Source: Phormidium sp. VAR_61_metabat_6 (GTDB lineage Bacteria > Cyanobacteriota > Cyanobacteriia > Phormidesmidales > Phormidesmidaceae). From it: a DNA stretch of 64,000 bases. How positions within the stretch are numbered: position 1 is the stretch's first letter; each line of letters begins with the position of its first letter. Positions 20,537-29,456 of this stretch are shown here, piece after piece. Both the position numbers and the translations under genes were made by a program. The notes under the pieces were generated by a model. It saw only the letters and a program-made list of their open reading frames with translations, was not told the DNA's origin and did no database searches. Location of the stretch: the NCBI GenBank assembly GCA_031425055.1, contig JANPIO010000270.1, positions 493 through 64,492 on the forward strand, read 5' to 3'.

Positions 20537-21979
20537 TCACCCATTTACCCAGGTGCCGTGAAAACTGTGGGGCACCACCTCCGGCAGCCCTAGCCGACAG
20601 ATCGGCCCCTTCTTAAGCTCATTCCCTTCATACACCCACAGTTCGCTGCGGTGCTGGGTGCCGTCATAGACCACAGTGAGCACCCAGGGCTGCTGGGGGT
20701 TCGCCGGGTTCGCAACGGCGATCGGTTCAGAAGGGTAGCGGCCCTCCCCAGCATCGGCCACGGTAAGGCCAGTTTTGGGGTCAAAGCGGGCGATCGCCCC
20801 AAACAGCTCATCTACCGGGGTGGACACTGTGCGGTGCACATTCAAATAGGTGGTCGCCGTCTCGTCGTGGCCAAACGCGATCGGAAACTCGCAGTGGCGA
20901 TCGATCAAACACTGCTGGTCGAGAATCTTGCCGGTTTTGGGGTCGATGCGGTACTGCCAGAGTTGGGCATCGGCGGGGGTAGAGGTCTGGCCCGAGGCCA
21001 CTTCTTTGAGGTACTGGTTGGTAGCAAAATCGTTGTAGCGCGCCACATCGAACACGATAGAGCCATCAAAATCGAGGTAGCTGTGGCCAAAGTGCCACTG
21101 ATACCAGGGGTCGGCTTCGCCAAGGGCGATCGCCTCCAGCGTATCGGCATCCACCACAATAATCTGGGTGCCCTGCTGGGGCTGCCACTGCAAGGCATCG
21201 CTAAAGCTAGACAGGCCAAACAGCGCGGGCAAGGGGCTCAGGCGCACGGGCGACACGCAAAACACCAGGTAGCGATCGGCCAACACAAAGTCGTGCAGCA
21301 GCGGAATCCCCGCCAGGGGAATCGTGCCGGTCTTTTCCACGGTTCCGGTGGCGCTACAGCGGTAGAGCTTGAGGGTGGCGTTGCCCCCAGGGATGGTGCC
21401 AAAGCTGAAAATCTCCCCCGTGCGGGGGTGGCGCTTGGGGTGAGCAGTAAAGGTGTCGCTGGCCTGGAGTTCTCCCAGGTTGTCTAAGCCAACGGTCTCT
21501 AGGGTCTCTAGATCGAGGCGGTGGGGCAGCCCCCCTTCCCAGAGGGCCAGCAGTCGATCGGGCAGGGCCAGCACCGAAGTATTGGCGGCATTTTTCACCT
21601 GGGTCTGCCAGTGCTGCCAAAATGGGCCAGGCGGCAGGGTGCCATAACCGCGATAGAGGCTCTTGTCGGCGGCTTCCTCATCCACAAACCCGGCGGAGCG
21701 CACATAGCGGTAGGTGCCTACAGCGCGATCGCCGTCAAAATTTACCCGCAGCACCGCCCCATCGCCGTCGAACCAATGGCTGACTCGGGTGCCGCCGCGC
21801 TCAAACCGGGCGGGGCCGTTGCGGTAGAGGGTGCCCCGCAAACCAGCGGGCACCTGTCCCTCCAGCACGGGGAGAGTCGTAGCGGCGAATTCGGTCGCGG
21901 GCTGGGCGATCGCCCCCGCCCACAGCGCCGCAGTAGGTTCTGCAACGGGTTGCGATCGCGACGGTGCCAAAGGAGCCAT
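20537..21979 (-). CDS. Carotenoid cleavage oxygenase (RPE65/NCED family)
   Basis: LYRNGP, HWFDGDG, FTAHPK, LLHDF, FHFGH-like QFGH region and PHSFHG. Start 21979 or 22024. Confidence 0.9.
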   Translation of the reverse strand: MAPLAPSRSQPVAEPTAALWAGAIAQPATEFAATTLPVLEGQVPAGLRGTLYRNGPARFERGGTRVSHWFDGDGAVLRVNFDGDRAVGTYRYVRSAGFVDEEAADKSLYRGYGTLPPGPFWQHWQTQVKNAANTSVLALPDRLLALWEGGLPHRLDLETLETVGLDNLGELQASDTFTAHPKRHPRTGEIFSFGTIPGGNATLKLYRCSATGTVEKTGTIPLAGIPLLHDFVLADRYLVFCVSPVRLSPLPALFGLSSFSDALQWQPQQGTQIIVVDADTLEAIALGEADPWYQWHFGHSYLDFDGSIVFDVARYNDFATNQYLKEVASGQTSTPADAQLWQYRIDPKTGKILDQQCLIDRHCEFPIAFGHDETATTYLNVHRTVSTPVDELFGAIARFDPKTGLTVADAGEGRYPSEPIAVANPANPQQPWVLTVVYDGTQHRSELWVYEGNELKKGPICRLGLPEVVPHSFHGTWVNG

Positions 21980-22062
21980 AGGTGCAGAGATAAACGTTGC
22001 TTGCTCTATTGTGACCCAGGACACCCAGAAGGGTAGGGCTCACCTCCCACGCCCCATCCCCC

Positions 22063-22854
22063 CTACGACTGACTCTGCATCACCAAATCCCCCGCCGGTA
22101 TTGGCGGAGCGGCAGCCCGCTCAGCCGTGATCAACATCTGCACCGGCGCAGTGCCACAGACCGCATCGGGCAGCACCCACTGATTGGTGTCTGCAGCCGT
22201 GGCCGGGTTAAATTCTCCACAAAATACCGGGTCGCTGTCGGCCAGTGCCCAGAGCCGATACACCTGTTTTTCGTCTAGGGGCGGCAGATCGGTAGTGACG
22301 ATCAGCGCGGTTTGGTCGGCGGGGTTGACCACCAGGCGGGCGTTGGCCTGGGGTTCGGCCTCGGTGCCCGCCAGGGTGTAGAGGCGGTTAGCGGGCTGGC
22401 TAAAGCTGGCCACCACGGCCTCGGTTTGGCGCAGGGCCAGGCGCAGGCGCTGGTTTTCTTGCAGGGTGAAGGCCAGGGCCAGACCCGTGGCGGCCCAGCC
22501 CAGGGCTAGCCCCAGTCGGCCCCAGGGGAAGCGGCGGCGGACGCCTGCGGCAGCGTTTGGTAACTGACTCGGGACGAGTATCTCTCCAGAGATCACATGT
22601 TCAGGTTCGGCGGTAGCGGCAGCGGCCCTAGCGGCAGCCAGGGTGCGATCGCGCAGATCCGGCGGTGGCGCTACGGTTGAAAGCCCCAGAGGCAGACAGT
22701 CCCAGGTGGCTTGTAGGGCCGCCAATTCAGTCGCCACTTCGGGATATTGCTCGAGCCACTGCTCGACCTGGGCAGCTTCTTCAGCGGTAAGGTCGTCGAG
22801 CACATACCCCGCCAGCAGCGATCGCCAATTGTCAGGAAGGGGAAGTGAGGTCAT
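22063..22854 (-). CDS. Anti-sigma factor, RskA-type (membrane-anchored)
   Basis: LLAGYVLDDL, PPPDLRDR, one TM segment (LGLALGWAATGLALAF) and C-terminal LPPL...YRLWA. Confidence 0.88.
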   Translation of the reverse strand: MTSLPLPDNWRSLLAGYVLDDLTAEEAAQVEQWLEQYPEVATELAALQATWDCLPLGLSTVAPPPDLRDRTLAAARAAAATAEPEHVISGEILVPSQLPNAAAGVRRRFPWGRLGLALGWAATGLALAFTLQENQRLRLALRQTEAVVASFSQPANRLYTLAGTEAEPQANARLVVNPADQTALIVTTDLPPLDEKQVYRLWALADSDPVFCGEFNPATAADTNQWVLPDAVCGTAPVQMLITAERAAAPPIPAGDLVMQSQS

Positions 22855-22910
22855 CGGTGGGCGGGAGAGGGTGAAGGGTGAGGGAGTGAGGGGTAGTAGG
22901 GAGTAGGGGG

Positions 22911-23498
22911 TTAGCTTTGGTGGGGCTGGAGCAGACCGCGCAGGCGGAGGAGACCTTGGCGACAGCGAGATTTGACGGTGCCTAGGGGAATGCCAAGCTG
23001 GGCGGAGATCTCGGCCTGGGTGAATCCTTGAAAGTAGGCGATTTCTAGCACTTCGCGTTCGGTGGCGGGGAGCTGGGCGAGGGCGGCGCGCAGGTGCTCA
23101 TGCTGTTCGTGCTGGGTGGCGTAGTCAACCGGGTTGGGCGATCGCGCCGAGGCTTGACTAATGCGCTGAAACCGCTGCAAAATTACCGCTCGCCCGCTGT
23201 TGATCCGCAGGCGATCGAGGGCGCGCGAGCGGGTGTTGGTAGCCAGGTAGCTGCCCACGCTGCCCCGCTCGGCGTCGTACTGCCGCCGCTGCCAAAAATT
23301 GACGAACACCTCTTGGGTGAGGTCTTCGGCCTCGGCGGAGTTAGACAGCATTTTGAGGGCCAGGGTATAGACCATCGGCGAATAGCGATCGTAGAGGGTG
23401 GCGAGGGCGGCAGTATCACCGGCCCACAGACGGGTAACCAGGTCGCGATCGCTCACTGGAGAAGACATCTGGGGGTCGGGGGGCGGCAATGGGGGCAT
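22911..23498 (-). CDS. ECF sigma-70 factor (SigK/SigI-like)
   Basis: LYDRY, AEDLTQEVF, RSRALDRLR and LGIPLGTVKSR. Directly upstream of the anti-sigma gene. Confidence 0.93.
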   Translation of the reverse strand: MPPLPPPDPQMSSPVSDRDLVTRLWAGDTAALATLYDRYSPMVYTLALKMLSNSAEAEDLTQEVFVNFWQRRQYDAERGSVGSYLATNTRSRALDRLRINSGRAVILQRFQRISQASARSPNPVDYATQHEQHEHLRAALAQLPATEREVLEIAYFQGFTQAEISAQLGIPLGTVKSRCRQGLLRLRGLLQPHQS

Positions 23499-23513
23499 TA
23501 ACTACACATCAGT

Positions 23514-23542
23514 AATACGACTCAGGCCACCGTTATGGATGG
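23514..23542 (-). promoter_or_regulatory. Putative ECF-dependent autoregulatory promoter of the sigma/anti-sigma operon
   Basis: Minus strand CCATCC-N16-TCGTATT, ending 15 bp before the sigma ATG. Near-identical to the opposite-strand motif at 23611. Confidence 0.7.
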
Positions 23543-23610
23543 CCGGGGGAGAAACAGATATGGAGACAGAGTGGATGGGCTGAACTCAAATGTCGAGTTA
23601 GAACCACTCG

Positions 23611-23638
23611 TCATCCACAGACCACAGCTAGTCGTATT
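23611..23638 (+). promoter_or_regulatory. Putative ECF-dependent promoter of the ferritin-like gene
   Basis: TCATCC-N15-TCGTATT. Shares CATCCA and AGTCGTATT with the divergent copy. Confidence 0.7.
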
Positions 23639-23695
23639 GTGGCGGGTCTGAGAGCAATTACGCTTGCCCACGACATTAGCGCAAAGGATACTGCA

Positions 23696-24397
23696 ATGAA
23701 TCACGATTTTATGTCTGATGATCTAGATTCCCCCAGAGCAGGGGTTTCTCGCCGTCGGGTGATGGTGGGCGGCACAATCGCGGGTTTAGTTGGCACCCTC
23801 GGCTTCTCTGCCTTAACCAAGAGCGCAGCCCAAGCCGAGAGCCGCAGTGCGCAGAACCGCAACAGAGGGGGAGCCCGCGGCAGAGCCGCCGCTAACGACG
23901 CTGCAATTCTCAATGGGGCGCTCTTCTACGAGCATCAGGCGATCTGGGCCTACGGGGCCGCTGCCCGAGGGCTCAGCGACACCGATGTAGGCAAAGCCGT
24001 GCTGGCGATCGCCCTGGCCAACCAGGCCGACCACATGGCCCACCGCGATCTACTCATTCAAGTTGTGAGCAACCTGGGCGGCACCCCCGTCATGGCCGAA
24101 GACAGCTACGACCTGTCGGCCTACCTAGAGCGGGGCGACGGCGGCCTCGACTCTGATGTCAACATCGCTAAGCTGGCCCTGGCCCTCGAAACCGATGCCG
24201 CGATCGCCTACGCGGACGAGGTCGCCCGCCTCAAAACCCCCGAGCTAATCACTGCCGGGGCCTCGATCGCCGCCGCTGAAGCAGCCCACGCCACCACCAT
24301 TCGCGCCGCCTTCATTTCCCTGGGGGTCGAGATTCCTTTTGTGCCCGCCCCCTTCGTCAGCGCCGACACCCGCGAACAGTGGGTGCTCAAGGTGTGA
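23696..24397 (+). CDS. Tat-exported ferritin-like domain protein
   Basis: Twin-arginine SRRRVMV plus a hydrophobic stretch. Four-helix motifs LFYEHQA, NQADH, ALETDAA and AAAEAAHA. AAGGA SD-like sequence before the ATG at 23696. Confidence 0.82.
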   Translation: MNHDFMSDDLDSPRAGVSRRRVMVGGTIAGLVGTLGFSALTKSAAQAESRSAQNRNRGGARGRAAANDAAILNGALFYEHQAIWAYGAAARGLSDTDVGKAVLAIALANQADHMAHRDLLIQVVSNLGGTPVMAEDSYDLSAYLERGDGGLDSDVNIAKLALALETDAAIAYADEVARLKTPELITAGASIAAAEAAHATTIRAAFISLGVEIPFVPAPFVSADTREQWVLKV

Positions 24398-24442
24398 GAC
24401 CAAATCCGAGTCAGATAACCCCGATTCACAAAAGGTCAAACC

Positions 24443-24467
24443 GTAGGGGGCGAATGGCATTCGCCCT
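24443..24467. repeat. REP-like hairpin GTAGGGGGCGAAT-GGC-ATTCGCCCT
   Basis: GTAG foot plus an 8-bp perfect inverted repeat. Confidence 0.6.
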
Positions 24468-24578
24468 GCTGAATCGGGGGTAGCCAAGTAGGATTTGGCA
24501 TGAGTCAGCTAATGGTGTGATCCCACAGGGTTTCCTGAAGTCGTCACTATCTAGATCGTCAAGTCACTCTTGACCATT

Positions 24579-24605
24579 GCCCGAGGCGAGGCCTCGGGCT
24601 TTTTT
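24579..24605 (+). terminator. Rho-independent terminator
   Basis: GCCCGAGGC-GAG-GCCTCGGGC followed by TTTTTT. Confidence 0.75.
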
Positions 24606-24623
24606 GGCAAGTTTTTTTAATGA

Positions 24624-27600
24624 TCAGGAGGCAGAAATCGCTGCTGCCTCAACCGACTGGGCGATCGCCAGCCAGTCGCCAGCCGCACCCAGGTAGCCCA
24701 CCTCAACCACATAGATGCGATCCCACTGGGGAATAGGCAGGTACCAGTCTTGAGCAAAGTCGTCGCGGCAGCGCTGCTCCACCACCGCTGGGGGCAGTGG
24801 CGCTTGGGTGGCCCGACCGGTGACATCGTAGAGGCGCAGGGTCATGGTTTCGCCGCCGTTGGCTTGGGCTTGGGTGCGATCGCCCTCATCGATCTGCCAC
24901 ACCGCATAGAACCGCTCCCCCTCGTGGTCAATAGAGAGCCGAATCCAGCTAGCGGTAGCGGTGTCGTCAACATCTTCTGACACCGGATCAGGGCTGGTGG
25001 GCACCACCCCAAAGCTATCGGGCGAGCCGGGCGGAATGCTGGCCAACGCCGCCATGATTTCGGGCGGCAGCCCCTCCAGCCCAGATAGACCTTCGCTGCC
25101 CAACACCTCCACCGGGGGCGGCACATAGTCACCCGGCTCTAGGGGCACGGGCGGCGGCACCGGCATGGGTGCGGGCCGCAGGGGCGGTATGGGTGCCGAG
25201 ACGGTGGTACTGTTGCTCTCCATTGGCAGCCCTCCGGGTTCGGCCTCAGGAATAGGCGGATCTCCTAAATGCACCTGGCTGAGCAGTTCTTCCTCTAGGG
25301 TGCTTGGCATTGGCTCCAACTCCATGACATCGGCGGGCATCGGCGCTGGAATATCGCCGCCCGAGACGACTTCAGAGGCAGTGAACCCCAAGTCTGGGGC
25401 GATTCCCGCAGGAATACTCGGTTCGAGTCGGTTCCCGAACGCTTTGCGAATCGCGCTGGCATCTTCGGCGCGATCCGGCAAATCAGCCGCCTCTGCTGCT
25501 AGATCTGGGGGGACATCGACGCTCAGGCTGGAAGTGCCAACCATTTCCACATCGGCGGAGGGTAGCCCCTGCACCATCTGCTGTAGCTCCATGGGCACAT
25601 CGGGGTCGTAGCCGTAGTCCACCGGGGGCGCATACTCAGGCACCACCGTGCCAGAGTATGCGCTGCCCATCCCTGAAGACCCTGGACCGATCGATACCCC
25701 GTCTTCAGGTGAAGCAACGTTCACCCCAGGTAGCTCCCAGGTGGAATCGTCGCGACTCAGGGCAGCGGCCCGATCCAGGCAGGCTTGCCCCTCGCTCTGG
25801 CGGCCCATCTCCATGAGCGCTTGCCCCTTGCCCAAGTGAGCTGCTGTCGACGTGGGGTCGAGTTCTAGGGCGGTGTCAAAACAGAAGACCGATTCTTCGT
25901 AGCGAGCCATGGTGTTGAGCAATCGGCCTTTGCCAATCCAGGCATCGATAACACTGGCGTCGAGCCGTAGCGAGGCGTTGAAGCTATCCATCGCGTCGTT
26001 GGCCTGCCCCAGCAGCGCTAGGGCATTCCCCCGTTCGGCCTGGGCCTGGGCGGCAATGGCGTTGATGCCTCCAGATGCTGTCTCGGTAGCGTTGGTTCTG
26101 CGGCGCTCCACTTCGGTCGCTTCCACAGCCTGGTTGAAATAGATCAGAGCGTTGTCGTAACGGCCCTCGCGCATCAGACGGCGGCCCTCCGCCAGATCCA
26201 TGCGCGCCTGTTCTAGCTTGCCGGGCGGCAGGACGTCTGGGTGTTCACCGCTGGGCACAAGTTCGGCCTCGGGGGGCAAAAGGCCCACCTCGGGCAGTGC
26301 TGGGGGAAGCACTGGCCTGTCTGCGGGGGGCTGGTCACTTACCTTAGAAAAATCGATATCTGAACCAGGGATAAGACCTACCGCCGTGCCGCGATCGCCA
26401 TCGGCCTCTAGCTCATCCTCATCCTCATCGTCGTGGTCTTTGTCAAATAGCGACCCCGCAATGCCAATCAGCAGCAGCAGGGCCGGAATCACAGCCAGCA
26501 TCCACCAGGCGCTGGGGGGCAAGTTTTGCAGGCGCTGCCAGAAATCACCCAGAGCGGTCGCGGGGTCGTTAGGGTCTGAGTTGCCATCGGTGTTCGACAC
26601 CAGCTCGCCCTGGTCATTGCGGAGCTCAACCTGGCGATCGCTCCCTCCCACCACCAGCAGTCCCTCGGGGGTATACCCCAGGGAAGCCGCCGGCTCATCG
26701 AGCTGCACTGGTTCCGCCAACTGCTCACTACCATCGGGCGACCACAGCTGAAGGGTGCTGTCGGCCCCGGCGGTAGCTAGCGTCCTGCCATCGGGGCTGT
26801 AGGCCACAGCGCTCACCCTAGCACCGTGGGCTTGAATAGTATTTCCTCTGGGCTGAAGCGTGGAGCGATCCCAGTTGCGCAGGCTGCCGTCGCCGCCCGT
26901 GGTGGTCAACACCTGGCCATCGGGGCTGCTGGTAATGGTGGTCACGCCCTCGGGGTGGGCGTTGGCGGTTTGGCCCGCAGCTGTGCCATCCGCATTCCAA
27001 ACGCCCAGGTTACCGTCGCGGCTGCCCGTAATCAGCGTTTGACCACCTACCGGGTAGTGGAGAGCCTGCACCGGCCCACCGGGGGCGGCAATGGGTTCAC
27101 CCACACGGGTGCCATCGGCCAGCGACCAGCGCTCTACGGTGCCGTCGGCGCTGCCACTGGCCAGGGTTTGACCGTCAGGGCTGACGGCCAGGGCCAAAAT
27201 CGGGCCGCCCTGCCCTTCGATCGGCTCGCCGATCGGGTTGCCGCTGCGATCCCATCGGCGCAGGGTGCCATCGGCTCCGCTAGAGACAACGGTTTGGCCA
27301 TCGGGGCTCACCACTACAGCCGATACGGCTCCTTGATGGGCGTCGGCTACTACTGTTTTTGTGAGATTGCCGTCAGCATCGAGCCATTGCAGCTGACCGT
27401 CTTCAGTGCCGCGCACCATAAACTGGCCATCGGGGGCTAGGGCCACGCCGCCGGGCAGTTTATTGGCCCCCACGGTGACATTGGCGCGGGCGGTTTGCTG
27501 CGCCTCGGCCACAGCGGCCTGGCCTGCGTCGCTGGTGGCAAAGCCCAAAAAAGCCTCGACGGGCACATTTGGCTCACCCCGATAGATGTAGTTGCGCGGT

Positions 27601-28367
27601 TGAGAATAGGGGTAGCGGGGGTCGTCGGGCAGGGTGCCATCCAGGCTCACCGGGCGCACGGCGTCTTGCCCTAGCACTTCAGAAGCGATCGCATAGCTAA
27701 TGCCGTCGTTGCCCAGCTCGCGCACCACCGCAGCGGTGTCGTCGTCCTCTATCTGCACGGCGTTGTCGCCGGTTTCAAAGGGCTGGGCTTGAAAGATTTC
27801 ATAGTCGGCTAGGGCCAACCGGGTAGAGCTTTCAGCGGGGCGATCGACAAACCGCAGCGGCACGTTGGGGCCACCCAGCTGCGACCAGTTGGTGATTTCG
27901 CCGCGAAAAATAGCGGCAAACTCATCAAAGGTCAAATCGCCGCGAAACGGGTTGTCGCGCCCCACAATGATGGCGATTTTTTCCCTCGCCACCGGAATTG
28001 ACGTCAGGTTAGGATCTTCCTCAGCGTCACTGAGCGATCGCCCCAGAGCCGCCAGATCGACGTCGCCGCTTCGCAGTGCCTGGAGTGCCTGATCGTCACC
28101 ACTGGTCGAAGCCACCACATCGGTATCGGGGTATCGGGCCTCAAAGCCTTCGCCCAGGCTCTCGTTGATCTCCACCATTGACGGTGACCCCTCAATCGAG
28201 AGCGTAGTGCCGGGGGGGACACTCTCTTGCAGGGTAAAGGTTGGTGTGGGTTTCTCAGTCACCTGAGCCAGCAGCCGAAGCTCAGGCCTGAGCGCATTGA
28301 TCGGCAGCGCAGCCAGGGCGCTGAGCAGCGCTAGCATAGCCAGAGACGGCTTAGGAAGCTGATTCAT
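24624..28367 (-). CDS. Large membrane protein: signal peptide, PstS-like substrate-binding domain, 7 WD40 repeats, TM helix, about 4 TPRs, Pro/acidic linker, DUF4912-like C-terminus
   Basis: IEGSPSM/VAREKIAIIVG/DRPAESSTR (PBP), repeated SPDGQ..ASGSADG..W (WD40), AWWMLAVIPALLLLIGIA (TM), AWIGKG.../HLGKG (TPR) and LRLYDVT...WYLPIP...EVGY (DUF4912). Confidence 0.85.
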   Translation of the reverse strand: MNQLPKPSLAMLALLSALAALPINALRPELRLLAQVTEKPTPTFTLQESVPPGTTLSIEGSPSMVEINESLGEGFEARYPDTDVVASTSGDDQALQALRSGDVDLAALGRSLSDAEEDPNLTSIPVAREKIAIIVGRDNPFRGDLTFDEFAAIFRGEITNWSQLGGPNVPLRFVDRPAESSTRLALADYEIFQAQPFETGDNAVQIEDDDTAAVVRELGNDGISYAIASEVLGQDAVRPVSLDGTLPDDPRYPYSQPRNYIYRGEPNVPVEAFLGFATSDAGQAAVAEAQQTARANVTVGANKLPGGVALAPDGQFMVRGTEDGQLQWLDADGNLTKTVVADAHQGAVSAVVVSPDGQTVVSSGADGTLRRWDRSGNPIGEPIEGQGGPILALAVSPDGQTLASGSADGTVERWSLADGTRVGEPIAAPGGPVQALHYPVGGQTLITGSRDGNLGVWNADGTAAGQTANAHPEGVTTITSSPDGQVLTTTGGDGSLRNWDRSTLQPRGNTIQAHGARVSAVAYSPDGRTLATAGADSTLQLWSPDGSEQLAEPVQLDEPAASLGYTPEGLLVVGGSDRQVELRNDQGELVSNTDGNSDPNDPATALGDFWQRLQNLPPSAWWMLAVIPALLLLIGIAGSLFDKDHDDEDEDELEADGDRGTAVGLIPGSDIDFSKVSDQPPADRPVLPPALPEVGLLPPEAELVPSGEHPDVLPPGKLEQARMDLAEGRRLMREGRYDNALIYFNQAVEATEVERRRTNATETASGGINAIAAQAQAERGNALALLGQANDAMDSFNASLRLDASVIDAWIGKGRLLNTMARYEESVFCFDTALELDPTSTAAHLGKGQALMEMGRQSEGQACLDRAAALSRDDSTWELPGVNVASPEDGVSIGPGSSGMGSAYSGTVVPEYAPPVDYGYDPDVPMELQQMVQGLPSADVEMVGTSSLSVDVPPDLAAEAADLPDRAEDASAIRKAFGNRLEPSIPAGIAPDLGFTASEVVSGGDIPAPMPADVMELEPMPSTLEEELLSQVHLGDPPIPEAEPGGLPMESNSTTVSAPIPPLRPAPMPVPPPVPLEPGDYVPPPVEVLGSEGLSGLEGLPPEIMAALASIPPGSPDSFGVVPTSPDPVSEDVDDTATASWIRLSIDHEGERFYAVWQIDEGDRTQAQANGGETMTLRLYDVTGRATQAPLPPAVVEQRCRDDFAQDWYLPIPQWDRIYVVEVGYLGAAGDWLAIAQSVEAAAISAS

Positions 28368-28504
28368 GGCGGTACCCAGAGGTCAGTAAACAATCTGCTA
28401 AAGGATACACGCTGGGGCGCGGGTTGGCAGGATTTTTTGCCGGGCGAGGGAGAGAGCTTACCCCCCGCAGCGGCTAGAGTAGAGGCATTCTGTTAGGCGC
28501 TGCC

Positions 28505-28822
28505 ATGGTCGTTGTTGTCTTTATTGGGGCGGGGTTGCTGGCCTTTGGTCTGTCGTTTTGGCTAACTCGACGGCTCCAGCGCCCTCGCCCAGCCGGGGAT
28601 CAAGAATCCCGAGCTGGTTTGCAGGGGCGATCGCCGCAAAACGGGTCTAGTTCTCCCGCCGCCCCAAACCTGCCCACTGGCTCCCTAGCCCCCGACCTCG
28701 ATCGCCAGGTGCACGATCTACTGGGCCAGGGCAGACTGATCGATGCTGTTAAACGCGTCAGAGAGGTCAACGGCTGTAGCTTGAGCGACGCCAAAGCCTA
28801 TGTCGCGGAACGGTTACCATAG
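28505..28822 (+). CDS. Small membrane-anchored protein with a ribosomal L7/L12 C-terminal-like domain
   Basis: N-terminal TM. C-terminal IDAVKRVREVNGCSLSDAKAYV matches the L12-CTD pattern. Confidence 0.65.
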   Translation: MVVVVFIGAGLLAFGLSFWLTRRLQRPRPAGDQESRAGLQGRSPQNGSSSPAAPNLPTGSLAPDLDRQVHDLLGQGRLIDAVKRVREVNGCSLSDAKAYVAERLP

Positions 28823-28933
28823 ACCAGGGGCGAACCCCATAGCCAGCGCTGGGACAAATTACCCGCACCCTCCTGCCATGGCAAATCGCGATAAGCTGAT
28901 AGAGGCTTGATTTTGCTTACCAGCAGGCGACCT

Positions 28934-29389
28934 ATGGCACTACGTGGGATCTTCACCGCTCTTTTAATTGCGGGCCTTTGGCTCATTAGCGGAGCCGGTC
29001 TAACAGCCCAAGCTTTAACCCCCATCGAGATCAGCGGCTTGAGCTACATTCCCTGCCCCCCCGACTACGCCGAGGGCATGGTGGCCGCAGGCTCAATTCA
29101 AGAGGCAAAGTGCTTTTTAATTACTGGTAAAGCGATCAACCGCACCGGCAAATCTGTCATTGACGCCGATATCTTTGGCCGCATTTTTGACGCCAACGAC
29201 AACCCGGTCATGCAAAACCGAGGGCGTTTGGGCGGTATTCCAGAAGTTCCCCCCGGTGAGAGCGACTTTGAGCTGCGGGTTTCTGTAGCCGCCAACCAGC
29301 CCGAGCCGCTCAAACTCAAGCAGTTTAAGGCATCAGGGTTTAGCGCCACCGTCCGTCAGTTTTCTGAAACCCCCTCGGCACAACAGTAG
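28934..29389 (+). CDS. Conserved secreted cyanobacterial hypothetical protein
   Basis: Signal peptide, then CPP...CFLITGKAINRTGK..DADIFGRIFDANDNPVMQNRGRLG. Confidence 0.75.
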   Translation: MALRGIFTALLIAGLWLISGAGLTAQALTPIEISGLSYIPCPPDYAEGMVAAGSIQEAKCFLITGKAINRTGKSVIDADIFGRIFDANDNPVMQNRGRLGGIPEVPPGESDFELRVSVAANQPEPLKLKQFKASGFSATVRQFSETPSAQQ

Positions 29390-29456
29390 CCGCCGCCCGA
29401 TATACCACATTGATTTGGGCTGATCCCGACTTTCAGTGGGAATGCGATCGCCCCCG

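Noticed and set aside
23639-23695. GTG start at 23639 for the ferritin-like gene
   Set aside because: It directly abuts the predicted -10 box and would lie upstream of the TSS. The ATG at 23696 has an SD-like AAGGA.
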